DNA of 64,000 bases, taken from positions 71,903 through 135,902 of IMG/VR virus record IMGVR_UViG_3300037882_002578; one strand, written 5' to 3'. The notes below the pieces were generated by a model. The model did not search any database and was not told the DNA's origin. It was given only the letters and a program-made list of their open reading frames with translations. Position numbers and translations under genes: made by a program. The first letter of the stretch is position 1; every line of letters begins with the position of its first letter. The stretch is from a virus. Positions 1 through 9,327 of the stretch are shown here, one piece after another.

Positions 1-96
1 CAGCTCCCGAAGTGGAAGTAGGAGAAGAGGAAGTTTTTACAGTACCTGCAGAAGACTTGGAAGAAGTTGAAGACTTAACAGATTGTGATTAATTAA

Positions 97-128
97 TTTG
101 CCAAAGTTAAAAATAATATTTACATTTG
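97..128 (+). promoter_or_regulatory. Bacteroidota-type sigma promoter (TTTG-N20-TACATTTG)
   Basis: TTTG at 97-100, an exact 20-nt spacer, TACATTTG at 121-128, and ATG at 145. Matches the -33/-7 consensus of Bacteroidota primary sigma promoters. Confidence 0.75.
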
Positions 129-144
129 TAAAAAATAACAGTAA

Positions 145-1578
145 ATGAGTTGTATAGTAATATATGGGGATAGTGGAAATATAGTTGGAACTCAAACTCC
201 AAAAGAAGAGGTATCTAAACTATTCCCAGAAGTTTTAAATAAAATAAAGAATCCAAAAAGAGCTGCTGACTTAGTGGCTCTAACTTATACAGAAAGATTT
301 AAAGAACAAGTTACAACTCCTTTAAAGAGCAAGTACAAATCTTTTATAAGAAAGAGCTTAGATAATTTAGAACCAAGTGACAGAGTAATAAGTCTTTTAC
401 ATAAAGGTAAAGAATATCCTGTAGACTTGAAAAACCTACAGTATAAAACGGTGGAAGTTAATGGATTTACTACTTTTCAAGCTTTTACTAAAGCAGGGGA
501 AGAATTTGTAATGCTAGGTAAAGTAAGAATGAAACCTTACAAAGATGGATTAGCAATTGAAAGTACTAGTTTAGGTACTTCTCAAGTGTATAACAACGGC
601 AATATAGAAAATTTACAAGGTAAGGGAATAGGAACAGAGATATACAAGTATGCTATACAAAAAACACTATCTCAAAACAAGCCTTTTTATTCAGACCAAG
701 CCCAAACAGCGTCTGCAAATGGAGTGTGGGAAAAATTAAAATCTTTAAAAATTGTAAAGCAAGAAGAAGGCAGAAATAAAATTGAAAGTACTCCAAGCAG
801 TCATTTTGACAACAATGGAGAAGTGCTTCCTCAAGTATTGTTCACTTATTTAAGAGGAGAACAGAATAAAGGAGCTGTACTTACTTTTGAGCAAAAGCAA
901 GATATAAAAAACGCTTTGTTAACACTCCCTTTTGTGGATTCTCAAGAAATGGCAGATGCTTTAGAAAAAGCTTTCTACAATAATGAAGGAGAATTTAAAG
1001 TAGAAGATAGTAAGCTTAGAGAAATTTATTCTGACTATGAAATCCTTAACATCAAAACAGATTTAGAGCTTCAAAAAAATATTAAAAACATAATAAAAGC
1101 TTTAAAAAATATAGACGAAGTATTTACTAAGGAGAGTTACTCTGAAAGTGATTTTTTAGCAAAGCAGTCTACAATAAACAGTTTAGGAAAGCTTGTAAAC
1201 AACAATCCCCTTTTAACAGAAAAAAAAGTTATTGAAGAGTTAGGCGGAGTATCTGACAGAGAAGAGTTTCTAAGCAAAGCAGAAGCTTTAGAAATACCAA
1301 AAGTACTTGAATTAGCAAAAGAAGAGCCAAAAGAAATAGAAACTCCAAAAATAATAAAAACTAAAAAAATAGTAAAAGAAGTTAGGATTATTAAAGAAGA
1401 AATTATATCTTTGCCAGAAATAAGTAAATTAGAGCTTATTAAATTGCCTTTAATATCTATATCTGAGATAGCAAATGCAAAAACATCTAAAGATATGACA
1501 AGAATAAGATTAGTTCAAGAAGAGTTGAAAAAAGAGTGGCAAGATTTAGAAGAGTTAAATAATTGTGTATGGAGTTAG
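145..1578 (+). CDS. Large virion-associated/polyvalent-type protein with internal GNAT-like domain
   Basis: 477-aa ORF. Segment LQGKGIGTEIYKYA...FYSDQAQTASANGVWEKL resembles GNAT acetyl-CoA-binding motif A. N-terminus resembles that of the 9328 ORF. Confidence 0.55.
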   Translation: MSCIVIYGDSGNIVGTQTPKEEVSKLFPEVLNKIKNPKRAADLVALTYTERFKEQVTTPLKSKYKSFIRKSLDNLEPSDRVISLLHKGKEYPVDLKNLQYKTVEVNGFTTFQAFTKAGEEFVMLGKVRMKPYKDGLAIESTSLGTSQVYNNGNIENLQGKGIGTEIYKYAIQKTLSQNKPFYSDQAQTASANGVWEKLKSLKIVKQEEGRNKIESTPSSHFDNNGEVLPQVLFTYLRGEQNKGAVLTFEQKQDIKNALLTLPFVDSQEMADALEKAFYNNEGEFKVEDSKLREIYSDYEILNIKTDLELQKNIKNIIKALKNIDEVFTKESYSESDFLAKQSTINSLGKLVNNNPLLTEKKVIEELGGVSDREEFLSKAEALEIPKVLELAKEEPKEIETPKIIKTKKIVKEVRIIKEEIISLPEISKLELIKLPLISISEIANAKTSKDMTRIRLVQEELKKEWQDLEELNNCVWS

Positions 1579-1973
1579 ATGATTTTAAACACGTCCTTGA
1601 AGATAAGAGGCATCAAGAAATACTAACATTACTTTCAAATGCAAATACGGCAAATAAGGGTGTAGTTGAAATAGTTGATGCCAATACAAAAACACTTGAA
1701 AAGTTTATAGAAAAACTCCAAGAAATAAGTAAAGAAACTCCTGCTGATATAACAGTTGAAGTTAACCAAGACTTAGTTATCAGAGAGCTAGCAAAATTAA
1801 CTCAAGAGTTTAAAAACAATCTTACGGATTTAAAAAATAATTTAAATAACCCTATAACTTTAGATGTAGAAGAATTAAAGCCTTTACTAAAAAGAGAAGA
1901 ACAAAAAAAGAATTGGGTTTTTGACATAAAAAGGGACACTCAAGGATTTATACAAACAATTACAGCAAGATAA
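1563..1973 (+). CDS. Hypothetical coiled-coil protein
   Basis: 136-aa ORF overlapping the upstream stop; helical E/K/L-rich composition. Confidence 0.6.
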   Translation: MCMELDDFKHVLEDKRHQEILTLLSNANTANKGVVEIVDANTKTLEKFIEKLQEISKETPADITVEVNQDLVIRELAKLTQEFKNNLTDLKNNLNNPITLDVEELKPLLKREEQKKNWVFDIKRDTQGFIQTITAR

Positions 1974-1996
1974 AATAACCTAAAACCAACAGCCTT

Positions 1997-4549
1997 ATCG
2001 CAGCATTTACAGTAACTACGGCGCAAAACCTAGACCAAATTACAGGAAAGACAGGGGGGGATACCTATTCAATAAACGGAGGAATTCTAACTATAGACCA
2101 AGACTCTAGAACAGGTTTAAACCAAACAACTTCTACAAGTTTAGGTAGTATTACCTTATCCGCTTCTTTAGGAGGAGTAGTAAACATTGATGGAACTGCT
2201 ATATGGATGATACCATTTTCAGCAGGAACAGGAAATGTCCCTGCATTTAATACAGTAATCAGTAACGGTACAGGTACAGGAAAGTTGATTGGAGTTCACG
2301 CTACTCTTACATCGGCTTCTACAGCATCGGGTGCTGTTATGCCAACCACAGGGTTTATCAGAGTAAAACAAAAAACAGGAGCTTATTCAGCAGGAACTTT
2401 AACAGGCATAGGAGCTACAGCAGACAATGTAGGAAGAGTAGGGTGGATAGAAATAGTTGGGGATGAAGCAAGTACTATAAACGCAAACCGTTTAGGTGTT
2501 TATAACTCTAATGGTGCTTGGTACGAAGTAGGCACAACTTCTGGAGTTTCTAATCAGACTATGCAAATCCCTAATAACGGTTTACAAAGATATTGTGGAG
2601 GAGTTTACATAGAAAAAACAGTGGGTAGTAATGATTTTGAATTTTATCCTAATAACGGAACTAACACAACAACAGGTACAGAAGCTACTAGAGGAAAGGT
2701 AGTTTGGATTGATGCTACAGGACTTGTAAGAATAGGTAACTCTGGAGCTGCAACAAATGGTTTTACACCAATTGCAGGATTAAAAGTAGTAGTAGGAAAT
2801 ATATTTTTTGAGAATTGTACAACTGCAGCAAGAACAGCAAATGTAATACCTAGTGCTACGTTAGCTACAAGATATGATTTTACTACCACAGGAGGAGGAG
2901 TTATAAATATTACAAAATCAACTTATGCTTGGTATTTATCATGTGCTCAAGCTTACTCAGTAAATATATCTGAATCTTCCTTTATAGATTCTATATTTCT
3001 ATCCGAAGTTGCAACAGCAATGACTTTTAATAAAGTCGGAGTTGGAAACAAACCAACTACTCCATTACTTACATCACCATTAATAATGACGTTTTGTTTT
3101 GCAGGAGGAACGTTTACAGATTGTGTTTGGTTAAGAGTTAGTATGTCAGCATCAGGAGCACACACAAATACTTTGTCAGATTGTTCAGGATTTACTTTTA
3201 TAAGAAATAGAATAGCTGCTGGAGTTATTAGAGCAAATGCAACAACCTTTTCTGTAAATGCCACACGTATTAAAAACTGTACTTGGACAACTCCTACCAT
3301 CATACAAGGAGCTATGACATTTACTACTTGTGACAACATACAAATAACGAATACCATTTATTGTGAAGCGGTTTCAGGTACAACACTAACTACTCAAGTA
3401 GGTTATGTATGGACACTAAGTACAAATACCATTAACTGTAAAATATCTGGATTAACAATTCCAGTTTTAAATACACAACCTTATACAGGACTTTTGCAAA
3501 TAACAACAGGGTGTTCAAATAACAAACTTAGAAATATTGGTACTAGAGCTTTACCTTTAAGCATGGGTACAGTAAATAACTGTGGATTAATATACACAAT
3601 AGCTTCGGCATGCTTTGAGACTAAGATTCAAAGAGTCTATGTAAGTAATACTCGAACAGGTATTATGACAGGAGATAACTCTTCAAAAGGTCTTACAGAA
3701 GAAAATGTTTTTGGAGATTACGCAGATGCCGTAGACGTTATGGCAGTATTAAACATGGAACGAAAAGGAATGGGAGGTACAGGATTATTAACTGGGCAAG
3801 TTTCTGTTTATGGCACTCATTGGAGGGATGGATTTACTTCTACAACAGCAGGAAGAATAGCAATATTAATGAACGAACCCACAGCCGAAACAACAACTCA
3901 GGTTACACTTACAAACGGTGCTGCCTTTACTTCTGCAGGTGGATTATATATGCCTGTTATAGGACACAAAGCTCTGTTTGAAACACCAAGTTACATAATA
4001 GGACATAACTCTTTTACCAATACGCCTTTAATAATGGCAGGAGGGACGGCAACAAACTATACTTATAGGTATCAAATAGATAAAGGAGCAGGTTTTGGGA
4101 ATTTTAGTTCAGTTTTAACATCTGCAACGTTAGCTACAACTTTAAGTGGAGAAACAGGTATAAATCCCAGTATAGGTATAAAATTAAGATTAGAAATAAC
4201 AACTTCAGTTACGAATACAACAGCAATAACAAGTGTGTTTTTAACAACAGTAAGTTCAACTACTTCTCAAGATTTTCAATACCCCTTAGATACATTTAAG
4301 TTAACACTAAACGGAATAGTCAATGGTTCGGATGTAGTTGTTTTACAAGCAGGGACAGAAACAGTTTTAGCACAAGTAGACCAAAACAGTACAAACAGTT
4401 GGGATTACATCTATGAAATACCTACTATAATTGACATATTTGTTTCTAAAGCAGGTTTTGTACCTTTTTATATTAGAAACTTTACTTTACAATCTTCAAA
4501 TGCAACTTTACCAATAGCACAAATTAACGATAGAAACTATATAAATTAA
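1997..4549 (+). CDS. Tail fibre/spike-like, probable beta-helix structural protein (extended to a possible ATC start)
   Basis: T/G/N/S-rich ORF. The frame is open 70 codons upstream of the called ATG at 2207, from ATC-GCA-GCA-TTT-ACA at 1997, with the same composition. Confidence 0.55.
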   Translation: MAAFTVTTAQNLDQITGKTGGDTYSINGGILTIDQDSRTGLNQTTSTSLGSITLSASLGGVVNIDGTAIWMIPFSAGTGNVPAFNTVISNGTGTGKLIGVHATLTSASTASGAVMPTTGFIRVKQKTGAYSAGTLTGIGATADNVGRVGWIEIVGDEASTINANRLGVYNSNGAWYEVGTTSGVSNQTMQIPNNGLQRYCGGVYIEKTVGSNDFEFYPNNGTNTTTGTEATRGKVVWIDATGLVRIGNSGAATNGFTPIAGLKVVVGNIFFENCTTAARTANVIPSATLATRYDFTTTGGGVINITKSTYAWYLSCAQAYSVNISESSFIDSIFLSEVATAMTFNKVGVGNKPTTPLLTSPLIMTFCFAGGTFTDCVWLRVSMSASGAHTNTLSDCSGFTFIRNRIAAGVIRANATTFSVNATRIKNCTWTTPTIIQGAMTFTTCDNIQITNTIYCEAVSGTTLTTQVGYVWTLSTNTINCKISGLTIPVLNTQPYTGLLQITTGCSNNKLRNIGTRALPLSMGTVNNCGLIYTIASACFETKIQRVYVSNTRTGIMTGDNSSKGLTEENVFGDYADAVDVMAVLNMERKGMGGTGLLTGQVSVYGTHWRDGFTSTTAGRIAILMNEPTAETTTQVTLTNGAAFTSAGGLYMPVIGHKALFETPSYIIGHNSFTNTPLIMAGGTATNYTYRYQIDKGAGFGNFSSVLTSATLATTLSGETGINPSIGIKLRLEITTSVTNTTAITSVFLTTVSSTTSQDFQYPLDTFKLTLNGIVNGSDVVVLQAGTETVLAQVDQNSTNSWDYIYEIPTIIDIFVSKAGFVPFYIRNFTLQSSNATLPIAQINDRNYIN

Positions 4550-4556
4550 ATAAAAA

Positions 4557-5909
4557 ATGGCAAAAATAACAAGCCCCTCCCAAATTTCGGTAGGCACAGA
4601 ATTAACAATTGACACAACAGCAAAAACATTTACTTTAAATGTAGCAGGAAATTTAGTAGCAAAAGATGGTGTATCTTTTCAAGCGTTATATTCTAAATTT
4701 ATACAATTATGGGAAACAACCGCTTATAATAAATTTGAATTTGGATTTTACGCCATTGATGCATTATCAGGACAATTCCAAATAGGTACAAATGGGCAAA
4801 CTTTTAATGGATGGAAGCCTTCAAATGACGCAACTAGACAAATGATTAGAGATGGGGGATGGTCTGAGTTTTCAGCTACGGGGCAATTGCTTAGGCAGTA
4901 CGTAGGTATAGTATCTTTGGGAGAAGTTAACACAGGAGCGCAACTTTACTACCAAAAAGTTTTAAACGGGACATCTTCTAATTTTACTTTTTCAGATGAA
5001 GTGAATGAAGGTATTCAAGTTTTTGGTGATATTAATAATGGCAACTTTGATAATCGTAGTTTTTTTAAAGGTTATGTAAGAGAACAAGGAAAAAAATATA
5101 AAGACTCTATACTTACAGATACAGGTAAAACATCCACAGGTGCGAATATTGTAAATTTACTTTTATCTAATGAAGATGACTTAAAAATACAAGTATCTGA
5201 CGCTACCGTAGTTGCAAGTACTCCGTATACAAATATAAATGTTGAGTATTTTGCAACAGACCAAAATAGAACTATTGGAGGAGTGTCTTATCCATTTAGA
5301 ACTATTATTAATGGAGCTAATGCCACAGCGGAGCAAATATATACTAAAATACAATACTTACTTAGGCAAGGAACTGATATTGATAATGGAACAGGTACTG
5401 TAGTAGGAAAAACAGCAAACTTACTTTTAAATTTTGTTGGAGATACTTTAATAACTACAAACGGTGTCTACATTGACAACTATAACACAAATGATGTAAA
5501 CAGGCTTGTATTTACAGATAAAAACGGAGTAACAAGAACTGAACCCTTTACCGCTACAGGAACACTAAATTTTAATTCTTTTCTTACACTAGGTGGTACA
5601 GGATATTATAGAATGTACTTTACAGATTTAGCAGGTGTTGCAGATTATGGGTTGTCTGGAGCAATTACAGTTAATAATGCTGCTGGAGCAGGTGTATTTG
5701 GAACTATCACAAGTTCTTCAATACCCTTTAGTTTCTCTTATGACCAAAATTCACAAGGAGGGCGTACACCAGGGACAGACGCACAAGTTACAGTAGTAGC
5801 AGGTAATGCAGGAAGTGCAAAGCCAGTGGTTACAACTTATACAATTACAAAATCAACAGGTCAAGGTATTTCCCTTATAGCTGAAAATGACCGTGCATAT
5901 TTAGCTTAA
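4557..5909 (+). CDS. Putative virion structural protein (tail-associated)
   Basis: 450-aa T/G/N-rich, beta-rich ORF co-transcribed with the fibre-like gene. Confidence 0.5.
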   Translation: MAKITSPSQISVGTELTIDTTAKTFTLNVAGNLVAKDGVSFQALYSKFIQLWETTAYNKFEFGFYAIDALSGQFQIGTNGQTFNGWKPSNDATRQMIRDGGWSEFSATGQLLRQYVGIVSLGEVNTGAQLYYQKVLNGTSSNFTFSDEVNEGIQVFGDINNGNFDNRSFFKGYVREQGKKYKDSILTDTGKTSTGANIVNLLLSNEDDLKIQVSDATVVASTPYTNINVEYFATDQNRTIGGVSYPFRTIINGANATAEQIYTKIQYLLRQGTDIDNGTGTVVGKTANLLLNFVGDTLITTNGVYIDNYNTNDVNRLVFTDKNGVTRTEPFTATGTLNFNSFLTLGGTGYYRMYFTDLAGVADYGLSGAITVNNAAGAGVFGTITSSSIPFSFSYDQNSQGGRTPGTDAQVTVVAGNAGSAKPVVTTYTITKSTGQGISLIAENDRAYLA

Positions 5910-5929
5910 CTTATATAAAAACCAAATAA

Positions 5930-6487
5930 ATGAGTTATATTTTTAATGGTATACAAAAAACAATAACCCTGTCACAAGGAACTGCTAAAATTTCAGTTAG
6001 AGATTTGTGGTCTAGATGGGTAAATTGGTTTTTGACAGACGATAATAGTAAATTCTTACCTGCTTTTAAGATGGTAGGTGGAGAAGATATCAATGCTTCA
6101 GAGGGAACACGTATACCTATATACTCTTTTTTAGAAAATGGGTGGAGAATAAAACCTCAAGAGTCAAACCATACTTTAACAGTAAATGATGGGATACTTT
6201 TAGTAAACGGAGGAGGAGACCCTTTTATAAATACTTCTGGAGCATATACAGTAAGAATAAATTATCAACAACCCTTACAAGCTATATCTTTCTCTTCTAG
6301 TAACACGTCAAACAGCAGTGCAGATTTAGAAGAAATAAAACTTAAAATAGACGAGATGTATAAATTAAGCGGGTTAGATGTTAATAACCCAGCAGTAACT
6401 ACAGCTAATGATATAATAGTAGGAGATATTGTTATAGACATTACAGGAGACGGAGAAACTTCAACAACACTTACAAGAAATGATTAG
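5930..6487 (+). CDS. Putative virion structural protein
   Basis: 185-aa ORF in the same tightly packed module. Confidence 0.5.
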   Translation: MSYIFNGIQKTITLSQGTAKISVRDLWSRWVNWFLTDDNSKFLPAFKMVGGEDINASEGTRIPIYSFLENGWRIKPQESNHTLTVNDGILLVNGGGDPFINTSGAYTVRINYQQPLQAISFSSSNTSNSSADLEEIKLKIDEMYKLSGLDVNNPAVTTANDIIVGDIVIDITGDGETSTTLTRND

Positions 6488-6737
6488 TCCTATATCTATA
6501 GCCACTAGAGGTAGAATAAGTAAGAGTATTAAAAAAACTTTAACTTACTCTACTTTAGGTTTAATGGTTATTATGGCTCAGGAAATTCCTGTAAAACCGA
6601 CTGTAATAAAAGGTTCTACCACTCACAGTAAAAAGTTTGTACAGAACATAGAAAAAAACATCCTATATGAAAAAATAATTCGAGAAGATGATGAAATGTT
6701 AACAATGATAAAAATATTTTTACAATGTCAAAAATAA
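6480..6737 (+). CDS. Hypothetical protein
   Basis: 85-aa ORF overlapping both neighbours. Confidence 0.55.
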   Translation: MISPISIATRGRISKSIKKTLTYSTLGLMVIMAQEIPVKPTVIKGSTTHSKKFVQNIEKNILYEKIIREDDEMLTMIKIFLQCQK

Positions 6738-8548
6738 AATGTTTTCAAGGGAATTTTTTACAAAGCGAACTTGAATCAAAAATGTCGCAAGGCATAGAGG
6801 AAACACAATCCATAAAAGAAGTTATTACAGAACAAGCAAATAAAATAATTGATAAAGTTAATAGGTTAAGAGAAGAATTAGAACTACCTTTGCTAGAAAA
6901 AATAATTTTAGAAACTCCAAAAATCACCCAAGAAGAAAAACCCATACAAGATGAACAAATTGTAGAAGTAAAACAAGAGATAGAAGAAATTATAATAGAA
7001 GATATAATTGTTATAGAAAACAAAACTTTATTTCAAAAAATGCAAGAGTTTAAACGTATACCCGAAATGAAAATTGAAGGCAACACTTTAACTCCCGTAG
7101 TTGAAAACAACACAGCAGTTCAATTAGAACAAACTTTAAAGTTAAGCGATGATTTATCTATATCTTCTGACATAATTTACTTAAATGAATTAGCTCAAGA
7201 TTTATATAATGAAAACATTGAAGATGTAAAGCAACTTATAAAAGAGGTAGAAGTAAGAGCAGCTAAACAAGGAGTAGACATAGCAGGACTTTCAAGTAAA
7301 GTATTCTCTAAAACTAGAGATGAAATATATGACTTACTAGAGAGTTTAAACACTTTACTTTTAGACCCTTCAGAGCAATCTTTTAATGAGTTTATAGTAG
7401 AACATCAATCAGTTTTTGATTTAGAAGTAAAGCCTAGCGTTAAGGTAGAAGTAGTTTCGGAAAATAATTTAAATAAAAGCCTTATATACTTAAAAACTAA
7501 TCTTTCAGAGTATTCGCTTTTCAATGATTTTGGATTACTAAAAGTTTCTGAAGATATATATCAAAGAGTTGAAAAAGAGGATTTAGAAACCCTTTACAAC
7601 AAACTATATGATATATCTCAATACAATCAAAACATATTACCTTTAGAAGCATTCCCTTTAGCAAATCAAGAAGGAGTTATAAGCACAGAAGATTTACAGA
7701 ACGCTGAAAATAGAGATTTAATAGTTGCGGACATAAAAAGATTTATAGAAAATGAAGTATCTAAGTTAGACATACCAACTATACCTTTAGATAATACTGT
7801 TTTACAACAAATGGTTATTAATAAATATGCTTTTGGACATCCTATGGCTTTTAAAAAGAATGTATATTTTCAAGAAGAGTTTAACAGTTTTGAAGCCTTT
7901 GATGGGAACGAAGAATACTTAAAAACAGATTTTATAGCTGACTTCTATTCCGAATTTTTGCAAGAAAAAATAAAAGACCGTGAAAAATATAAAGAGTTCT
8001 ACAGTAACTTTGCAATAAATGAGAGAGGAATAATACTTGTAAATGATGATGCAATAACAGTTCAAAAAATTAAAGATTATTTAGCCGAAAAAAACATTAA
8101 ACAAGCTAAAGATTTAGAGAACTATTCATTATTAACAGACCAAGTACCAAACTTAAAAACTTTAGAAAAACCTAGTTCAGATTACACTAGAGATTTCTAC
8201 AGAGCAAATTATAGTAACAATCCAATGAGTTTGGACAAAGTAAAGGGAGAGTATAAGTTTATAACAGACACTACGATAGTAAAAAACAACAGTATAGACA
8301 ATTTTATAAGAGTTAAAGATAGAGTGTTTGAACTTGTAGACACAAAGGGAGGCAATAGTTTTTATGAAGAAATTCCTGTAAACACATCTGAGTATAAAAC
8401 TTTTAATTTAGCTCAACCTGTTTTAAGTGTTAATATAGATAACTATGGAGCAGAAAGATTAGATGAAATTCCGCCAGTAAAAACTGAAAAATATTACTCC
8501 AAAGCAGAAGAACAAAAAATAAACGAGGAAAGTTTTGAATGTTTATAA
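6725..8548 (+). CDS. Large hypothetical (probable virion/ejected) protein
   Basis: 607-aa acidic, helical ORF within the cluster of large proteins. Confidence 0.55.
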   Translation: MSKIKCFQGNFLQSELESKMSQGIEETQSIKEVITEQANKIIDKVNRLREELELPLLEKIILETPKITQEEKPIQDEQIVEVKQEIEEIIIEDIIVIENKTLFQKMQEFKRIPEMKIEGNTLTPVVENNTAVQLEQTLKLSDDLSISSDIIYLNELAQDLYNENIEDVKQLIKEVEVRAAKQGVDIAGLSSKVFSKTRDEIYDLLESLNTLLLDPSEQSFNEFIVEHQSVFDLEVKPSVKVEVVSENNLNKSLIYLKTNLSEYSLFNDFGLLKVSEDIYQRVEKEDLETLYNKLYDISQYNQNILPLEAFPLANQEGVISTEDLQNAENRDLIVADIKRFIENEVSKLDIPTIPLDNTVLQQMVINKYAFGHPMAFKKNVYFQEEFNSFEAFDGNEEYLKTDFIADFYSEFLQEKIKDREKYKEFYSNFAINERGIILVNDDAITVQKIKDYLAEKNIKQAKDLENYSLLTDQVPNLKTLEKPSSDYTRDFYRANYSNNPMSLDKVKGEYKFITDTTIVKNNSIDNFIRVKDRVFELVDTKGGNSFYEEIPVNTSEYKTFNLAQPVLSVNIDNYGAERLDEIPPVKTEKYYSKAEEQKINEESFECL

Positions 8549-8565
8549 AATTCTTTCTATATTTG
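8534..8565 (+). promoter_or_regulatory. Bacteroidota-type promoter for the methyltransferase gene
   Basis: TTTG at 8534-8537, 20-nt spacer, TATATTTG at 8558-8565, ATG at 8581. Confidence 0.7.
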
Positions 8566-8580
8566 TAAAAAATAAAATAT

Positions 8581-9327
8581 ATGTATAGTAGAGATAATTT
8601 AAAAAATTTAATACTTAAAGGAGATTGCCTTGAAATAATGAAAAGTATTCCTGATTGTAGTATTGATATGATACTTTGTGACTTACCTTATGGGACAACA
8701 AAATGTAAGTGGGATACAATTATTGACTTAAAAATGTTATGGTTACAATATGAAAGAATTATAAAAGACAATGGAGCGATTATATTGACTGCACAAACCC
8801 CATTTGATAAAGTTCTAGGAGCTTCAAATTTAAAGTTGTTAAAGTACGAATGGATTTGGGAAAAAACAAGTGCAACTGGACATTTAAATTCAAAGAAAAT
8901 GCCTATGAAAGCACATGAAAATATACTAGTTTTTTATAAAAATCCCCCTGTTTATAATTATCAAAAAACAGAAGGACATAAAAGGAAAGTAAGTAGGGCG
9001 GAACATAAAATTAATTGTAAAGAAAGTGAGGTTTACAATAAAGGTCAAAAACTAACTACTTATGATTCTACTGAACGTTACCCAAGAAGTGTGTTAAAAT
9101 TTGCAAGTGATAAACAAAAATCAAAATTACATCCAACACAAAAGCCTCTTGACTTAATGAAGTATTTTATTAAAACTTATAGTAACGAAGGAGATATTGT
9201 TTTAGATAACTGTGCAGGTTCAGGAACAACAGGAGAAGCTTGTATAGAGACAAATAGAAATTTTATACTTATAGAAAACGAAGATAAGTACATTAAAATA
9301 ATTAAAGATAGACTTAATAAAAAATAA
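8581..9327 (+). CDS. DNA amino-methyltransferase (N6-A/N4-C, beta class)
   Basis: Motif IV-like DLPY near the N-terminus, HPTQKP, and motif I-like LDNCAGSGTTG near the C-terminus. Confidence 0.9.
   Translation: MYSRDNLKNLILKGDCLEIMKSIPDCSIDMILCDLPYGTTKCKWDTIIDLKMLWLQYERIIKDNGAIILTAQTPFDKVLGASNLKLLKYEWIWEKTSATGHLNSKKMPMKAHENILVFYKNPPVYNYQKTEGHKRKVSRAEHKINCKESEVYNKGQKLTTYDSTERYPRSVLKFASDKQKSKLHPTQKPLDLMKYFIKTYSNEGDIVLDNCAGSGTTGEACIETNRNFILIENEDKYIKIIKDRLNKK

Noticed and set aside
2644-3357. Antisense ORFs from the track (also 4748, 6745, 9177, 13575, 15621, 35598, 42191, 51880 and similar)
   Set aside because: They are shadows of long genes on the opposite strand, with no independent motifs or start context.
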